The notes under the pieces were generated by a model that was not told the DNA's origin, searched no databases, and was given only the letters and a program-made list of their open reading frames with translations. This document shows positions 1-14,322 of a DNA stretch of 64,000 bases, piece after piece. Both the position numbers and the translations under genes were made by a program. Numbering within the stretch: position 1 is the stretch's first letter; each line of letters starts with the position of its first letter. This DNA comes from the human T2T-CHM13v2.0 reference genome, Homo sapiens. The DNA lies in NCBI RefSeq assembly GCF_009914755.1, contig NC_060929.1. One strand, given 5' to 3'.

Positions 1-210
1 TAGTTTTATAAAAGGCTTTTCCCTGTTTGCTTGGCATTTCTCCTTCCTACCATCATGTGAAGAAGAACATGTTTGCTTCCCCTTCCAGCGTGATTGTAAG
101 TTTCCTGAGGCCTCCCCTCCTGTGGAACTGTGAGTTAATTAAATATCTTTCCTTCATAAATTACCTAATTGAAATATCTCTTCATAGCAGTGTGATAATA
201 GACTCATACA
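1..210 (+). mobile_element. THE1C-like MaLR 5' LTR (truncated by window start)
   Basis: LTR 3' half (gtgattgtaagtttcctgaggcctcccc ... agactcataca) directly followed by THE1 internal start (ttggtacc...). Confidence 0.85.
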
Positions 211-1804
211 GTAATTTGGTACCAAGAGTAGTGAGGCTTTCCTGTAAAGATACCTGAAAATGTGGAAGCAACTTTGAAACTGGGTAACAGGCAGAGGTTG
301 GAATGGTTTGGAGGGCTCAGAAGAAGACAGGAAAATGTGGGCAAGTTTGGAACTTCCTAGAGACTTGGAGGACTCAGAAGACGGAAAGATGTGGGAAGGT
401 TTGGAACTTCCTAGAGACTTGTTGAATGGTTTTGACTAAAATGATGATAGTGATAGGGACAATGAAATCCAGGCTGAGGTGGTCTCAGATAGAGATGAGG
501 CACTTCTTGGGAACTTGAATAAAGGCCACTCTTGTTATACAGAAATACTGGTGACATTTGGCTCCTGATCTAGAGATCTGTGGAACTTTGAACTTGAGAG
601 GTGATTTAGGGTATCTGGTGGAAGAAATTTCTAAGTGGCAAAGCATTCAAAAGGAAGCAGTACATAAAACTTTGAAAACTTTGCAAGCTGATTTTGCAAT
701 AGAAAAGAAAAACCCATTTTCTGGGGAGAAACTGAAGCCAGTGATAGAAATTTGCATAAGTAATGAAGAGCCCAAAGTTAATCACCAAGACAATGGGAAA
801 AATGTCTCCAGGGCATGTCAGAGACCTTCTCCACAGACCCTCCCATCACAGGTCCAGAGGCCTAGGAAGGAAAAGTGGTTTTATGGATGGGTTCTAGGGC
901 CTCCCTGTTGTGTGCAGCCTTAGGACATGGCATCCTGTGTCTCAGATGCTCCAGCTCTAGCCATGTCTAAATGGGGACAACATATAGCTCAGGCCATTGC
1001 TTCAGAGAGTGCAACCCCCAAGCCTTGGAAGTTACATGTGCTGTTGGGTCTGTGGGTGCACATAAGACAAGAATTGAGGTTTGGGTACCTCCTCCTAGAT
1101 TTCAGAGGATGTATGCAAGTGCCTGGATGTCAAGGCAGTAGTCTGCTGCAGGGGCGGAGCCCTCATGAAGAACCTTTTTTAGGGCATTGCAGAAGGGAAG
1201 TGTGGGGTTGCAGTCCTCACACAGTGTCCCCACTGGGGCATTGCCTAGTGGAACTGTGAAGAGAGGGCCACCCTCCTCCAGAACACAGAATGGTAGATTC
1301 ATGGACAGCTTGCATCAGGCACCTATGAATGCCACAGACACTCAATGCTAGTCCATGAAAGTAGTTTGGAGGAGAGCTGTATCCAGAAAAGCCACAGAGG
1401 CAGAGCTGCCCAAGCCCATTGAATCCCACCTCTTGTATCAGTGTGACTTCAATGTGAGACATGGTGTCAAAAGAGGTCATTTCAGAACTTTAAGGTTTAA
1501 TGACTTCCCTGTTGGATTTTGGGTATGCATGGGGCCTGTAGCCCCTTTGTTGTGGATAATTTCTCCCATTTGGAATGGGTGTATTTACCCAGTTCCTGTA
1601 CCCCCACTGAATTCAGAAAGTGACTAACTTGCTTTCAATTTTACAGGCTCATAGGTGGAAGGGACTTGCCTTGTCTCAGATGAAACTATGGTCTTGGACT
1701 TTTGGGTTAATGCTGAAATTAGTTAAGACTTTGGGGAACTGTTGGGAAGGCATAATTGTGTTTTGAAATGTGAGAAAGAGATTTTGGAGGGGCCAGGGGC
1801 AGAA
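211..1804 (+). mobile_element. THE1 internal region (MaLR-int), degenerate
   Basis: Typical THE1-int sequence ending in the polypurine tract ggaggggccaggggcagaa. ORFs 558..923, 927..1259 and 1355..1627 are fragments of it. Confidence 0.9.
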
Positions 1805-2173
1805 TGATATGATCTGGCTCTATGTACCCACCCAAGTCTCATCTTGAATTGTACTCCGAATTGTAATATTGTAATACAGATTTTAATCCCCATGTGTTGG
1901 GGAAGGGACCTCATGGGAAGTAATTGAATCATGGGGGTAGTTACTCTCATGCTGTTCTTGTGATAGTGAGTTCTCATGAGATCTGATGGTTTTGAAAGGA
2001 GCTTTTACTGTTTGCTCAGTACTTCTCCTTTCTGCCACCATACGAAGAAGGACTGTTTGCTCCAGCTTCTGCTATAATTGTATTTTCTGAGGCCACCTAG
2101 CCCTAGAGAACTATGAGTCAATTAAACCTCTTTCCTTTATAAATTACCCAGTCTCGAGAATTTCTTCATACCA

Positions 2174-2556
2174 AATGTGGCACATATACACCATGGAATA
2201 ATATGCAGCCATAAAAAATGGTGAGTTCATGTCATTTATAGGGACATGGATGAAGCTGGAAACCATCATTCTCAGCAAACTATCGCAAGGACAGAAAACC
2301 AAACACCGCATGTTCTCACTCATAGGTGGGAATTGAACAATGAGAACACATGGACACAGGAAGGGGAACATCACACACCGGGGACTGTTGTGGGGTGGGG
2401 GGAAGGGGAGGGATAGCATTAGGAGATATACTTAATGCTAAATGACGAGTTAATGGGTGCAGCACACCAACACGGCACATGTATGCATATGTAATAAACC
2501 TGCACGTTGTGCACATGTACCCTAAAACTTAAAGTATAATAATAATAATAAAAAAA
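2174..2556 (+). mobile_element. 5'-truncated L1PA (L1PA3/4-like) 3' end with A-rich tail
   Basis: Canonical L1PA ORF2 end and 3'UTR ...gcacatgtaccctaaaacttaaagtataat followed by an A tail. Confidence 0.93.
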
Positions 2557-2870
2557 GAAGACATTTAAGCAAAAACTTGAAGGAGGTGATGAAGTTTGGT
2601 GAGATCATTATACTACAATCATGGGAGTTATTTTTCATCCATGTTAACATTTTTACCACTTTAATAATAAACAAGATATTCTTATAAATGTACTTTTGTA
2701 CCATAATCATGAAAAGCTATAAGTCACTAATGTAATGACAAAACAAATTGTGGTACATCCATATGATGGTATATGATGTAGTGATTAAAAATGTTCTCCA
2801 AGACTATTAACATAAAAAAAATTAATAAAATGAGTTTTTAGATATGAAAATGTAAAAAAAAAAAAAAAAA
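2557..2870 (+). other. L1 3'-transduced flank (~297 bp) plus second poly(A)
   Basis: Non-L1PA sequence lies between the L1 tail and A17 (2854-2870), with AATAAA at 2824-2829. The whole unit is bracketed by a 17-bp TSD (2157-2173 / 2872-2888). Confidence 0.88.
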
Positions 2871-3835
2871 CAGAATTTCTTCATACCAGCATGAGAATGG
2901 ACTAATACTAGGGAATATCTCTCAATTCATTCTACAAGGCCACTATTACCTTGATACCAAAAGCAGACAACACATAGAAAAAAACTACAGGCCAATATTC
3001 TTTATGAAAATTGATGCAAAATTTCTCAGCAAAATACTAGCAAACTGAACTGAATAAAATGTTAAAAACATCATTTCTCATGACCAAGTGAGATTTATTC
3101 CAGGGATACAAGGATGGCTCAACCTATGCAAATCAGTATAATACATGATATCAACAGAATGAAGGACAAAAAATGTATGAACATTTTAATTGATGTTGAA
3201 GAAGAATTTGATAAAATTCAACATCCCTTTATGATAAAAACACACAAATTTGTATATAGAAGAAAGATACCTCAACTCAAGAAAAGCCATATATGACAAA
3301 TCCACAGGTAGTATACTGAATGGAGAAAAACTGAAAGCCTTTTCTCTAAGATCTGGAACAAGTCAAAGATGCCCTCTTTCATGACTGGTACTCAAAATAG
3401 TACTGACAGTCCTAGCTAGAGCAATCAGACAAAAGAAAGAAATAAAGGGAAAAAAAATCAAATTTTTTGTGTTTGCAGATAATATGTTCTTACAATTGGA
3501 AAACCCTAAAGACTCCATCAAAAAAAAACTAGACCTCATAAATAAATACAGTAAAGTTTCAGGATACAAAATAATCTTACAAAACTCAGTAGCATTTCTG
3601 TATGCCAACAGTGAACAATCTGAAAAAAAAATCAAGAAAGTAACACCATTTCCAATAGCTACAAATAAAATAAAATGAAATACCTAGAAATAAACTTAAT
3701 CAGAGAAATGAAATACCTCTGCAATGAAAACTATAAAACATTGATGAAAGAAATTGAAGATGATGACAAAAAATAGGAAGATGTTCCATATGCATGGACT
3801 GAAGGAATTAATATTTTTTAAATGTCCATACTACC

Positions 3836-5229
3836 TATATTAGTCCATTCTCACACTGCTATGAAGAAATACCCAAGACTGGGTAATTTATAAAGCAAAG
3901 AGGTTTAATTGACTCACACCTCTGCATCGCTTGAGGTGCTTCAGGAAACTTAAAATCATGGTCAAAGGCAAAGGAGAAACAAGCACTTTCATTCACAGGG
4001 CAGCAGGACAGAGTGAGTGCAAGTACGGGAAATGTCAGACACTTATGGAATCATCAGATCTCATGAGAGTCACTCACCATCACGAGAACAGCATGGGGGG
4101 AACCACCCCATGATCTCATTGCCTCCACCTGGTCCCATCCTTGGCACATGCGGATTATGGGCATAGGGGGATCCCACCCCCAATATTTCAATGTAGGTTC
4201 TTTCCATTTTCCCTAAGTGTCAGCTGGTATGAGAAATAAAGAAAAAGAGTACAAAGAGAGGAATTTTACAGCTGGGCTGCCAGGGGTGACATCATATATC
4301 GGTAGGTCCGTGATGCCCAGCTGAACCACAAAACCAGCAAGTTTTTATTAGGGATTTCAAAAGGGGAGTAGGTGTATGAACAGGGAGTGGGTCACAAAGA
4401 TCACATGCTTTAAGGGGCAAAAAGGAAAACAAAGATCACATGCTTCTTAGGAAACAGGACCAGGGCAAAATCAGAAACTCCTGATAAGGGTCTATGTTCA
4501 GCGGTGCACGTATTGTCTTGATAAACATCTTAACAGAAAACAGGGTTCGAGAGCAGAGAACCAGTCTGACCTCAAATTTACCAGGGCTGTGGTTTCCCAA
4601 TCCTAGTAAGCCTGAGGGTACTGCAGGAAACCAGGGCATATCTCAGTCCTCATCTCAACCACATAGGACAGACACTCCCAGAGCAACTGTTTATAGACAT
4701 CCCCCCAGCAATGCAATTCTTTTCCTAGGGTCTTAATATTATATTTCTTGCTAGGAAAAGAATTTAGCGATATCTCTCCTACTTGCACGTCTGTTTATAG
4801 GCTCTCTGCAAGAAGAAACATATGGCTCTTTTTGCCCGACCCCGCAGGCAATCAGACCTTAATGGTTGTCTTCTCTTGTTCCCTAAAATTGCTGTTATTC
4901 TGTCCATTTTCAAGGTGCACTGATTTCATATTGTTCAAACACACATGTTTTACAATCATTTTGTACAGTTACAGTCATCACAGGGTCCTGAGGTGATGTA
5001 CATCCTCAGCTTACAAAGATAACAGGATTAAGAGATTAAAGTAAGACAGGCATAAGAAAGTGTAAGAGTATTATTAGGGAAGGGATAAATGTCCATGAAA
5101 TCTTCACAATTTATGTTTCCTCTGCTACGGCTCCAGCCGGTCCCTCCATTCATGGTCCCTGACTTCCCGCAACAATGGGGATTATAATTCAAGATGAGAT
5201 TTTATGTGGGCACACAGTCAACCATATCA
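3836..5229 (-). mobile_element. THE1D-like solo LTR, interrupted by MER11
   Basis: Termini tatattagtcc...accatatca; perfect 5-bp TSD ctacc (3831-3835 / 5230-5234). Confidence 0.85.
4162..5174 (-). mobile_element. MER11 solo LTR (ERVK/HML-8 group)
   Basis: Right end is the reverse complement of the MER11 start TGTTGCGGGAAGTCAGGGACC; ~1 kb length; atggg repeated on both flanks. Confidence 0.88.
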
Positions 5230-7430
5230 CTACCCAAAGCAATACGAACAATCTATTGATTGTAATTCCTATCAAAATACCAAAGACATTTTTCAAAGAA
5301 ATATAAAAAATAGTACTAAAATTTATATGGAACCACAAAAGAATACCAAACCTATCCTGAGCAAAAGGAACAAAACTGGAGGAATCATATTACCTGCCTT
5401 CAAATTATTGTACACAGCCATAGTAACCATAACAGCACGGTACTGGCATAAAAACAGACACATATACCAATGGAACAGAATAGAGAACCTAGATATAAAT
5501 CCATAAATCTACAGTGAACTCATTTTTGACAAAGATGCCAAGAGCATACATTGGGGAAACAACAATTTCTTCAATAAAACCTGCTGGGAAAGCTGGATAT
5601 CTGCATCCAGAAGAATGAAACTAGATCCTTATTGTTCACCATATCAAAATGAATTAAAGACAAATCTAATTGTCTTTAATGGCAAAGACTTTAAACTATA
5701 AAACTACTACAAGAAAACATTGGGGAACATCTCCAGGAAATTGGACCAGGCAAAGATTTCTTGAGTAATGCCCCACAAACACAGGCAACCAAAGCAAAAA
5801 TGGACAAATGGGATCACACTAAGTTAAAAAACTTCTGCATGGCAAAGGAAATACCAACAAAGTGATGAGGCAACCCACAGAATTGAACAAAATATTTGCC
5901 AACTATTCATCTGACAAGGGCCTAGTAATCAGAATACATGAGTGCAAATAATCAATAAAAAGTCAATAATTTAATTAAAAAATGAGAAAAAATCTCAAAA
6001 GACATTTCTAAAAGGGAGACATGAAATGGCAAACAGCTATTTAAAAATATGTTCAACATCAGTGATAGAGAAATGCCAATCAAAACTACAATGATATATC
6101 ATTTCGCCCCAGTTAAAATTGCTTTTATCCAAAGGACAGGCAATAATAAATCCTGATGAGGATGTGGAGAAAAGGGAGCCCTTATACACTGTTGGTGGGA
6201 ATGTAAATTAGTACCACAACTGTGAAGAACAATTTGGAGCTTCCTCCAAAAAAGTAAAAATAGAGCTAAAATATGGTCCAGAAATTTCACTGTTAGCTAT
6301 ATGCACAAAAGAAAGGATATCAGTATATTAAAGAGATATCTGCACTCCTAAGCACAGAAAGAAAAACTTCACATGTTCTCACTTACTGGTGGGAGATTAA
6401 AAAAATATTGAACTCATGGAAATAGAGAATAGAATGATAGTTACCAGAGGCTGAGAAGTGTAGTGGGATTACTTAATGGTTACAGAAATATGATTAGAAT
6501 TAGAGAGATCTAGTATTTGATATCACAACAGGGGTGACTAGAGTCAACAATCATTTAATGTACATTTTACATTAACTTAAAGAGTATAATTGGACTGTTT
6601 GTAATACAAAGAAAGGATAAATGCTTGAGGTGAAGAATACCCCATTACCACATTATGCATTGTGTGACTATATCAAAACATTTTCTGTACCCCATAAATA
6701 TATACACCTACTATTAACTACAAAAATTCAAAATAAAAAAATTAAAAACAAACAAGTGAATAGAAAACCTGGTATATCCACACAATGGTATACTGCTCAG
6801 CAATAAATGGTAATGGACTATTCACATGTATAACAGTATGAATAAATTTCAAACTCACTATACTAAGTGAAAGTAGCCAGACACAGAAAGGGTATACACT
6901 ATGTGTTTCTATTTATACTGACAGTAGATAGTGTTTTCCTGGTACTTGGGGGATGGGGAGAAATGGCAGGAAGGAATTAGAAAAAAGCAAAAAGAAACTT
7001 TGAGGTGATATAGTTTGGATATTTGTCCCCACCAAAATCTCATGTGGAAATGTAATCCCCAATGTTGAAAGTGGGGCCTGGTGAAATGTGTTTGGATCAT
7101 GAGGTCAAGTCCCTCATGAATGGCTTCTGCTATCCCCTTTGTGATAAGTGAGCTTTTTCTTTGAGTTCACATGAGATCTGATGGTTTAAAAGCATGTGGC
7201 ACCTTCCACCCACTCTTTCTTTCTTGCTCCTGCTTTCACAGTGTGAAGTGACTGCTCCTGCTTTATCTTCTGCAATGATTGTAAGCTTCTCAAGGCCTCC
7301 CCGAAAGCTGGGCAGATGTTGGCACACATGCTTCCTGTAAAGCCTGCAGAACCATTAGCCAATCAGAAATCTTTTCTTTATTAATTACCCAGTCTCAGGT
7401 ATTTCTTTGTTGCAATTCAAGAACAGCCTA

Positions 7431-7681
7431 TGGGTGAATCATGAGGTCAAGAGATCAAGACCATCCTGACCAACATGGTGAAACCCTGTCTCTACTAAAA
7501 ATACAAAAAATTATCCAGGCATGGTAGCAGATGCCTGTAGTCCCAGCTACTCAGGAGGCTGAGGCAGGAGAATGGTGTGAACCCAGGAGGCGGAGCTTGC
7601 AGTGAGCCAACATTGCACCACTGCACTCCAGCCTAGGTGACAGAGCAAGACTCCATCTCAAAAAAAAAAAAAAAAAAAAAA
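7431..7681 (+). mobile_element. 5'-truncated Alu (AluSc/Y-like) inside the MST 5' LTR
   Basis: Alu body with long poly(A); 12-bp TSD aagaacagccta (7419-7430 / 7682-7693). Confidence 0.93.
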
Positions 7682-8977
7682 AAGAACAGCCTAAATATAG
7701 ATAACTGGTACCAGGGATTTGGATATTGCCATAAAGACACTTGAAAATGTGGAAGGGACTTTGGAACTGGGTAAGAGGCAGGAATTGGAAGAGTTTGGAG
7801 GGCTCAAAAGAAGACAGGAAGATAAGGAAAAGTCTGGAAAGTCTAAGAGGCTGGTTAAATGGTTGTGACTAATGTGAACACAGTGATATGGACAGTGAAG
7901 TCCAGGCCGACAAGCTCTTAGATGGAAATGAGGACTTACTGGGAACTGGAACAAAGGTTATGCATGTTATGCCTTAGCCAAGAGCTTGGCTACGTTCTGT
8001 TCATGCCCTAGAAATCTAGGGAAGCTTCTAGTGGAAGTTTGAACTAAAAAAGCAATGATTTAGGGTATCTGGCAGAAGAAATGTCTAAGCAGCAAAGTGT
8101 TCAAGATGTGGTCTGGCTGCTTCTAACAGCCTATCTTAATGTAGAAGTAAATAAATGACTTGAAGTATATATTTAAAAGGTAAGCAGAACATAAAAGTTT
8201 GGAAAATTTTCAGGCTGGCCGTATGGAAGAGAAAGAAAAAGCTTTTGGGGGAAGAAGATTCAAGCAGGGTGCAGAGCAATCACTTGCTAGAGATATTTGC
8301 ATAAATAAAAGGAATCCAATTGCTAATATCCCAGACAATGTGGAAAAGACCTTAAAGACATTTCAGAGACCTTTAAGGCAGCCACTTCTATCACAGAACC
8401 AGATACCTGGAAAAACAGAATGGTTTTACAGGTCAGGCACAGGACCCCACTGCCGTGAACAGCCTCAGGACACTGCTTCCCACATCCTGGCTGCTTCAGC
8501 TCCAGCTGTAGCTCAAAGTGGCCAAGGTACAGCTCAGTCTACCACATTGGAAACTGCAAGCCATAAGCCTTGGTGGCTTCCACATGGTGTTAAACCTGTT
8601 AGTGGACAGAATGCAAGAGCAAAGAATGCTTGGCAGCCTCCCCCTAGATTTCAGAGGATGCATGGAAAAACCTGGGTGTCCAGGCAGAGACCTGCTGCAG
8701 AATGGAGCCCTCATAGAGAACCTCTACTAGGGCAATCCCAAGAAAGAATGTAGGGTTGGAGACCCCATAGAGAGTCGCCACTGTGGCACTGCCTCGGAAC
8801 TGTTGAGGTGGGAACCACTGCCCTCCAGACACTGGAGTGGTAGAGCCACCAGCAGCTTGCAACCTCAACGTGGAAAAGCCACAGAGGCTGATCTGTCCAA
8901 GGTTTTGAGGGCTCAAATCTTGCAGCAGTGTTCCCTGGATGCAGCATACAGAGTCAAAGATTATTTTGGAGCATTAA

Positions 8978-11046
<2,069 letters not shown>

Positions 11047-12576
11047 AAGATTTAATAATTGTCCTGCTGTGTTTTGAACTTATGTGAGACCTGTAACCCC
11101 TTTCTTTTGGCTGATTTCTCCCTTTTGAAATGGCAAGGTTTACCCAATGCCTATACCCCCATTGTATCTTGGAAGTAAATAACTTATTTTTTATTTTACA
11201 GGCTAATAGATGGAAGAGACTTGCCTTCTCTCAGATGAGCCTTTGGGCGTTGGACTTCTGAGTTAATCCTGGAATGAGTTAAGACTTTGGGGGACTATTA
11301 GGAACGCATGATTATATTTTGCAATGTGAGAAGAACAGGAGATTCAGTGGGTGGGCAGAGGCAGAATGATATAGTTTGGATATTTCTCCCTGCCCAAATC
11401 TCATGTTGAAATGCCATCTCCAGTGTTGGAGGTGGGGCCTAGTGGGAGGTGTTTGAATCATGGGGGGAAGATCCCTCAAGAATGGCTTGGGCCATCCCCT
11501 TGGTGATAGGTAAGCTCTCCTTCTAAGCTCCTGGTTTTTTAAAAGTTTGTGGCACCTCCCCCCGACACACACACACTCTGTGTCTCTCTTGCTCCCGTTC
11601 TTGCTATGTGAAACACCTACTCTCCCACTTCACATTTTGCCATAAGTAAATCTCTCTGAAACCTCCCCTGAAGTAGATGCTGGCACTATGCTTCTGGTAC
11701 AGCCTGCAGAACCATGAGCCAATTAAACATCTTTTCTTATAAATTACTCAGTCTCGTGTATTCCTTTATAGCAATGCAAGAACGGCCTAATACAGGGGGT
11801 GATAGATACATTCATTATCTTTATTACAATGATGATTTTATGGGTGTTTACACATGTCAAGACTACAAATTATACACTACAAGTATGTTTAGTTTTTATA
11901 TGTCATTAATTATATCTATAAAACTGTTAAAAATGTTGCTAATTAGTCATGTATTACGGGAAACTTCAACTAGTTCTCACATCTGCCAAAGTATTTTTTT
12001 AACGAATGATTCTTTGTTTCTGTGCTCAAAGTTTATTTACAGTAATAATTTACTGATAATTTATTGATCACAACATAGTTAGCCTGTGTTTTTTTGAATT
12101 CATATCAAAACTACAATTTCTTATTATAATCCAAAAATCACAAAGAAAGAGATGATAAACTTTGAGTTTGAGCAAAGTAACTCATTACAGTGTGGTCAAA
12201 AGGATTTGATAATTTTTCACATTTGTTAATATCTGCTCCTTAATCTCAATGTCCATGGTCAATCTAGACTGTATAAACTGCTGAGTTTCAAAATGTCTTT
12301 AGATACATGTTTCTCCGTCAGTGTCACTAATGCTCTCACCTACTCACTCTAAAATGTATTTGTTCCTTGATTATTCTCTAACAGCATGTTTGCTTATGTA
12401 GTCAGAACTGCATTCCTCTAAATACTGAACAGTATGCCTCCTGGTTAGTGATATGCAGTCATTAAGTGATGAAGGTGTTAGCATCATACAGAATTGTAAG
12501 TGAATCTCAGTTTTGTCTCTTCTTAAAAAGTTTATTTGTGGCCTTAAACTAACGTCTTTAAATTTCAGTTTCATCA

Positions 12577-12711
12577 TTTTATTTTTTATTTTCTTAGAGA
12601 TGAGATCTTGCTCTGTTGTCCAGGCTTGTTTCAAACTCCTAACCTCAAGAGATCCACCTGCTTCAGCCTCCCAAGTAGCTGGGATTACAAGTAGAAGCCA
12701 CCGTGCCTGGC
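12577..12711 (-). mobile_element. Alu monomer (FLAM/AluJ left arm)
   Basis: T-rich tail then gagatgagatcttgctctgttg...ctgggattaca...ccaccgtgcctggc. Confidence 0.8.
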
Positions 12712-13111
12712 TCCCATCTTTTTTAACATAGTATAACTGAACTGAATTTATAGAGTTTTGATTGTGGTGACATATGGAAAGCAATTTCACACAGTGCCTG
12801 AGACATGGTAAATTTTCAAAAAGTGAATGTTTATAAAAGTTATTATCCTTATGTTTGACCTATAATTGAAGTCAGATGTTAGAAGACATGGCATGATATA
12901 CAATCTTACAACCAAAAAAAAATTTTGAATATCTAAGATCATGCCACAATCTCGGTAGCTTACACTTCTTGTTTTTTTTTCCCCCTTAGGATTTCCTAAT
13001 CAAATAAGCTTGCACATTAAAATATACACTGATGAAAATGTTATATTTATAGAACAAAGTTTTAAACTTCAAAATTGGAAGTAAAGATTACACAGTATAC
13101 ATACCGTCAAC

Positions 13112-13395
13112 TCAGCATTCCCCAAAGTGTACTTGGTGAAAATATAATCCTGCAAAATGCCCTTTGAAAAAAACTAGTCCTGTGGTCAAATAAACATGGA
13201 GAATATTGCACGCTGTATGTTTCTTTGGGGGATTCACAAAACAAATAGTATCGTAAAGAGTCTTAGAAGTCTTGCAGTTAAAAACAACAACAAAAAAAGT
13301 GTTTCACTTTATTTGACCTTATGTTTTTCAAACTTACCTGAATAAAGAACTCCTTTTTCATATAACATCAATGTATATTCCTCTTTGGGAAGAGT
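13112..13395. mobile_element. MER103C-like hAT-Charlie fossil
   Basis: cagcattccccaaagtgt...tgtggtcaaataa...agaagtcttgcagt resembles the recalled consensus. Confidence 0.6.
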
Positions 13396-13957
13396 TTCCT
13401 TGACTCTTATTTCTTAATTCTTCTTTTCTGTTAAGAGACATAATGAGTGAAAATCCTACTTTCACCTGCCAATAGTCCCTGGTCTTGTAAACAGATTGTC
13501 AGGGTTTGATAGTAAAGTCCTTATAGCTTCCATCCCACTGCCAGCTGTCAGTTATCTCAGTGTCTTCCTTGCTTGGCTACCAACATAATTCCCCAGAGGT
13601 GTCTATCTCTCTCATTCTTCTCAGTTCTAAGCAACTGGACAGGAATCACAATAGAAAGAAGAATCTAGTATCACCCGTATCTGCACAAAAACAATAAGAA
13701 TTGAATTAATTTATATGTTCTAATCAGGAGAGAATTATTCTCTCCTTTTTAAACTAATTTATCTAAATTTCTACTTCTTTAATGAACAATAACTTGAAAT
13801 TTGCAAAACCCAGTTTAAGTGCATTACTGAAAATTACTATAGTAGTTATATCAGTTATTTTTTGTCATGTAAATGCTATGTATCAAACCACCCAAGAGCT
13901 TAGAGCCTAAAAACACTTAAGTATGTACAACCGATCCCAGATTTTTGAATGAGCTGG

Positions 13958-14322
13958 TGCTATAGACTAAATGTTTATGTTTCCCCAAAATTCATATGTT
14001 GAAATCCTAACTCCAAATGTGATGGTATTAGAAGATGGAAACTTTGACAGGTAATTAGGTCATAAAAGTGGAGCCCTCATCAATGGGATTAGGACCCTTA
14101 TGAAAGTAGCCCCAGAGAGCTCCTTTGCCCTTTCCACCATGTGAGGATGCAGAGGAGCAGGCTGTCTGTGAACCAGGAAGCAGGCTGTCACCAAACACAA
14201 ACTCTGCTGCTGCCTTGACCTTGGATTCCCCAGGTTCTGGAACTGTGAGGAATTAACTTCCATTGTTTGTAAGCCACCCAGTCTAGAGTATTTTGTTATA
14301 GCAGCCCAATCATGCCAAGACA
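13958..14322 (+). mobile_element. MLT1A0-like solo LTR
   Basis: tgctatagactaaatgtttatgt...ttttgttatagcagccc...aagaca termini. Confidence 0.85.

Larger units (their letters stand above)
1805..2908 (+). mobile_element. THE1C-like 3' LTR, split by an L1 insertion (LTR parts 1805-2173 and 2872-2908)
   Basis: Starts TGATATG. The LTR tail gcatgagaatggactaatac resumes after the duplicated target agaatttcttcatacca. Confidence 0.88.
2909..6752 (+). mobile_element. Old L1 (L1MA-type) ORF2 and 3'UTR, interrupted at 3836-5229
   Basis: Degenerate ORF2 peptides ([11 protein letters not shown]; FADNM..LENPKDS; WNRIEN), L1MA-type 3'UTR, A-rich end. Internal deletion near 6350. Confidence 0.88.

Noticed and set aside
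311-421. ~55-bp tandem duplication in THE1 internal sequence
   Set aside because: As I recall, this doubling recurs in many THE1C-type internal copies, so it is probably inherited from the subfamily rather than locus-specific.
8199-8753. Longest ORF (184 aa) as a novel gene
   Set aside because: It lies wholly within MST internal sequence, starts at TTG and resembles the THE1-int ORF at 558..923; it is a MaLR remnant.
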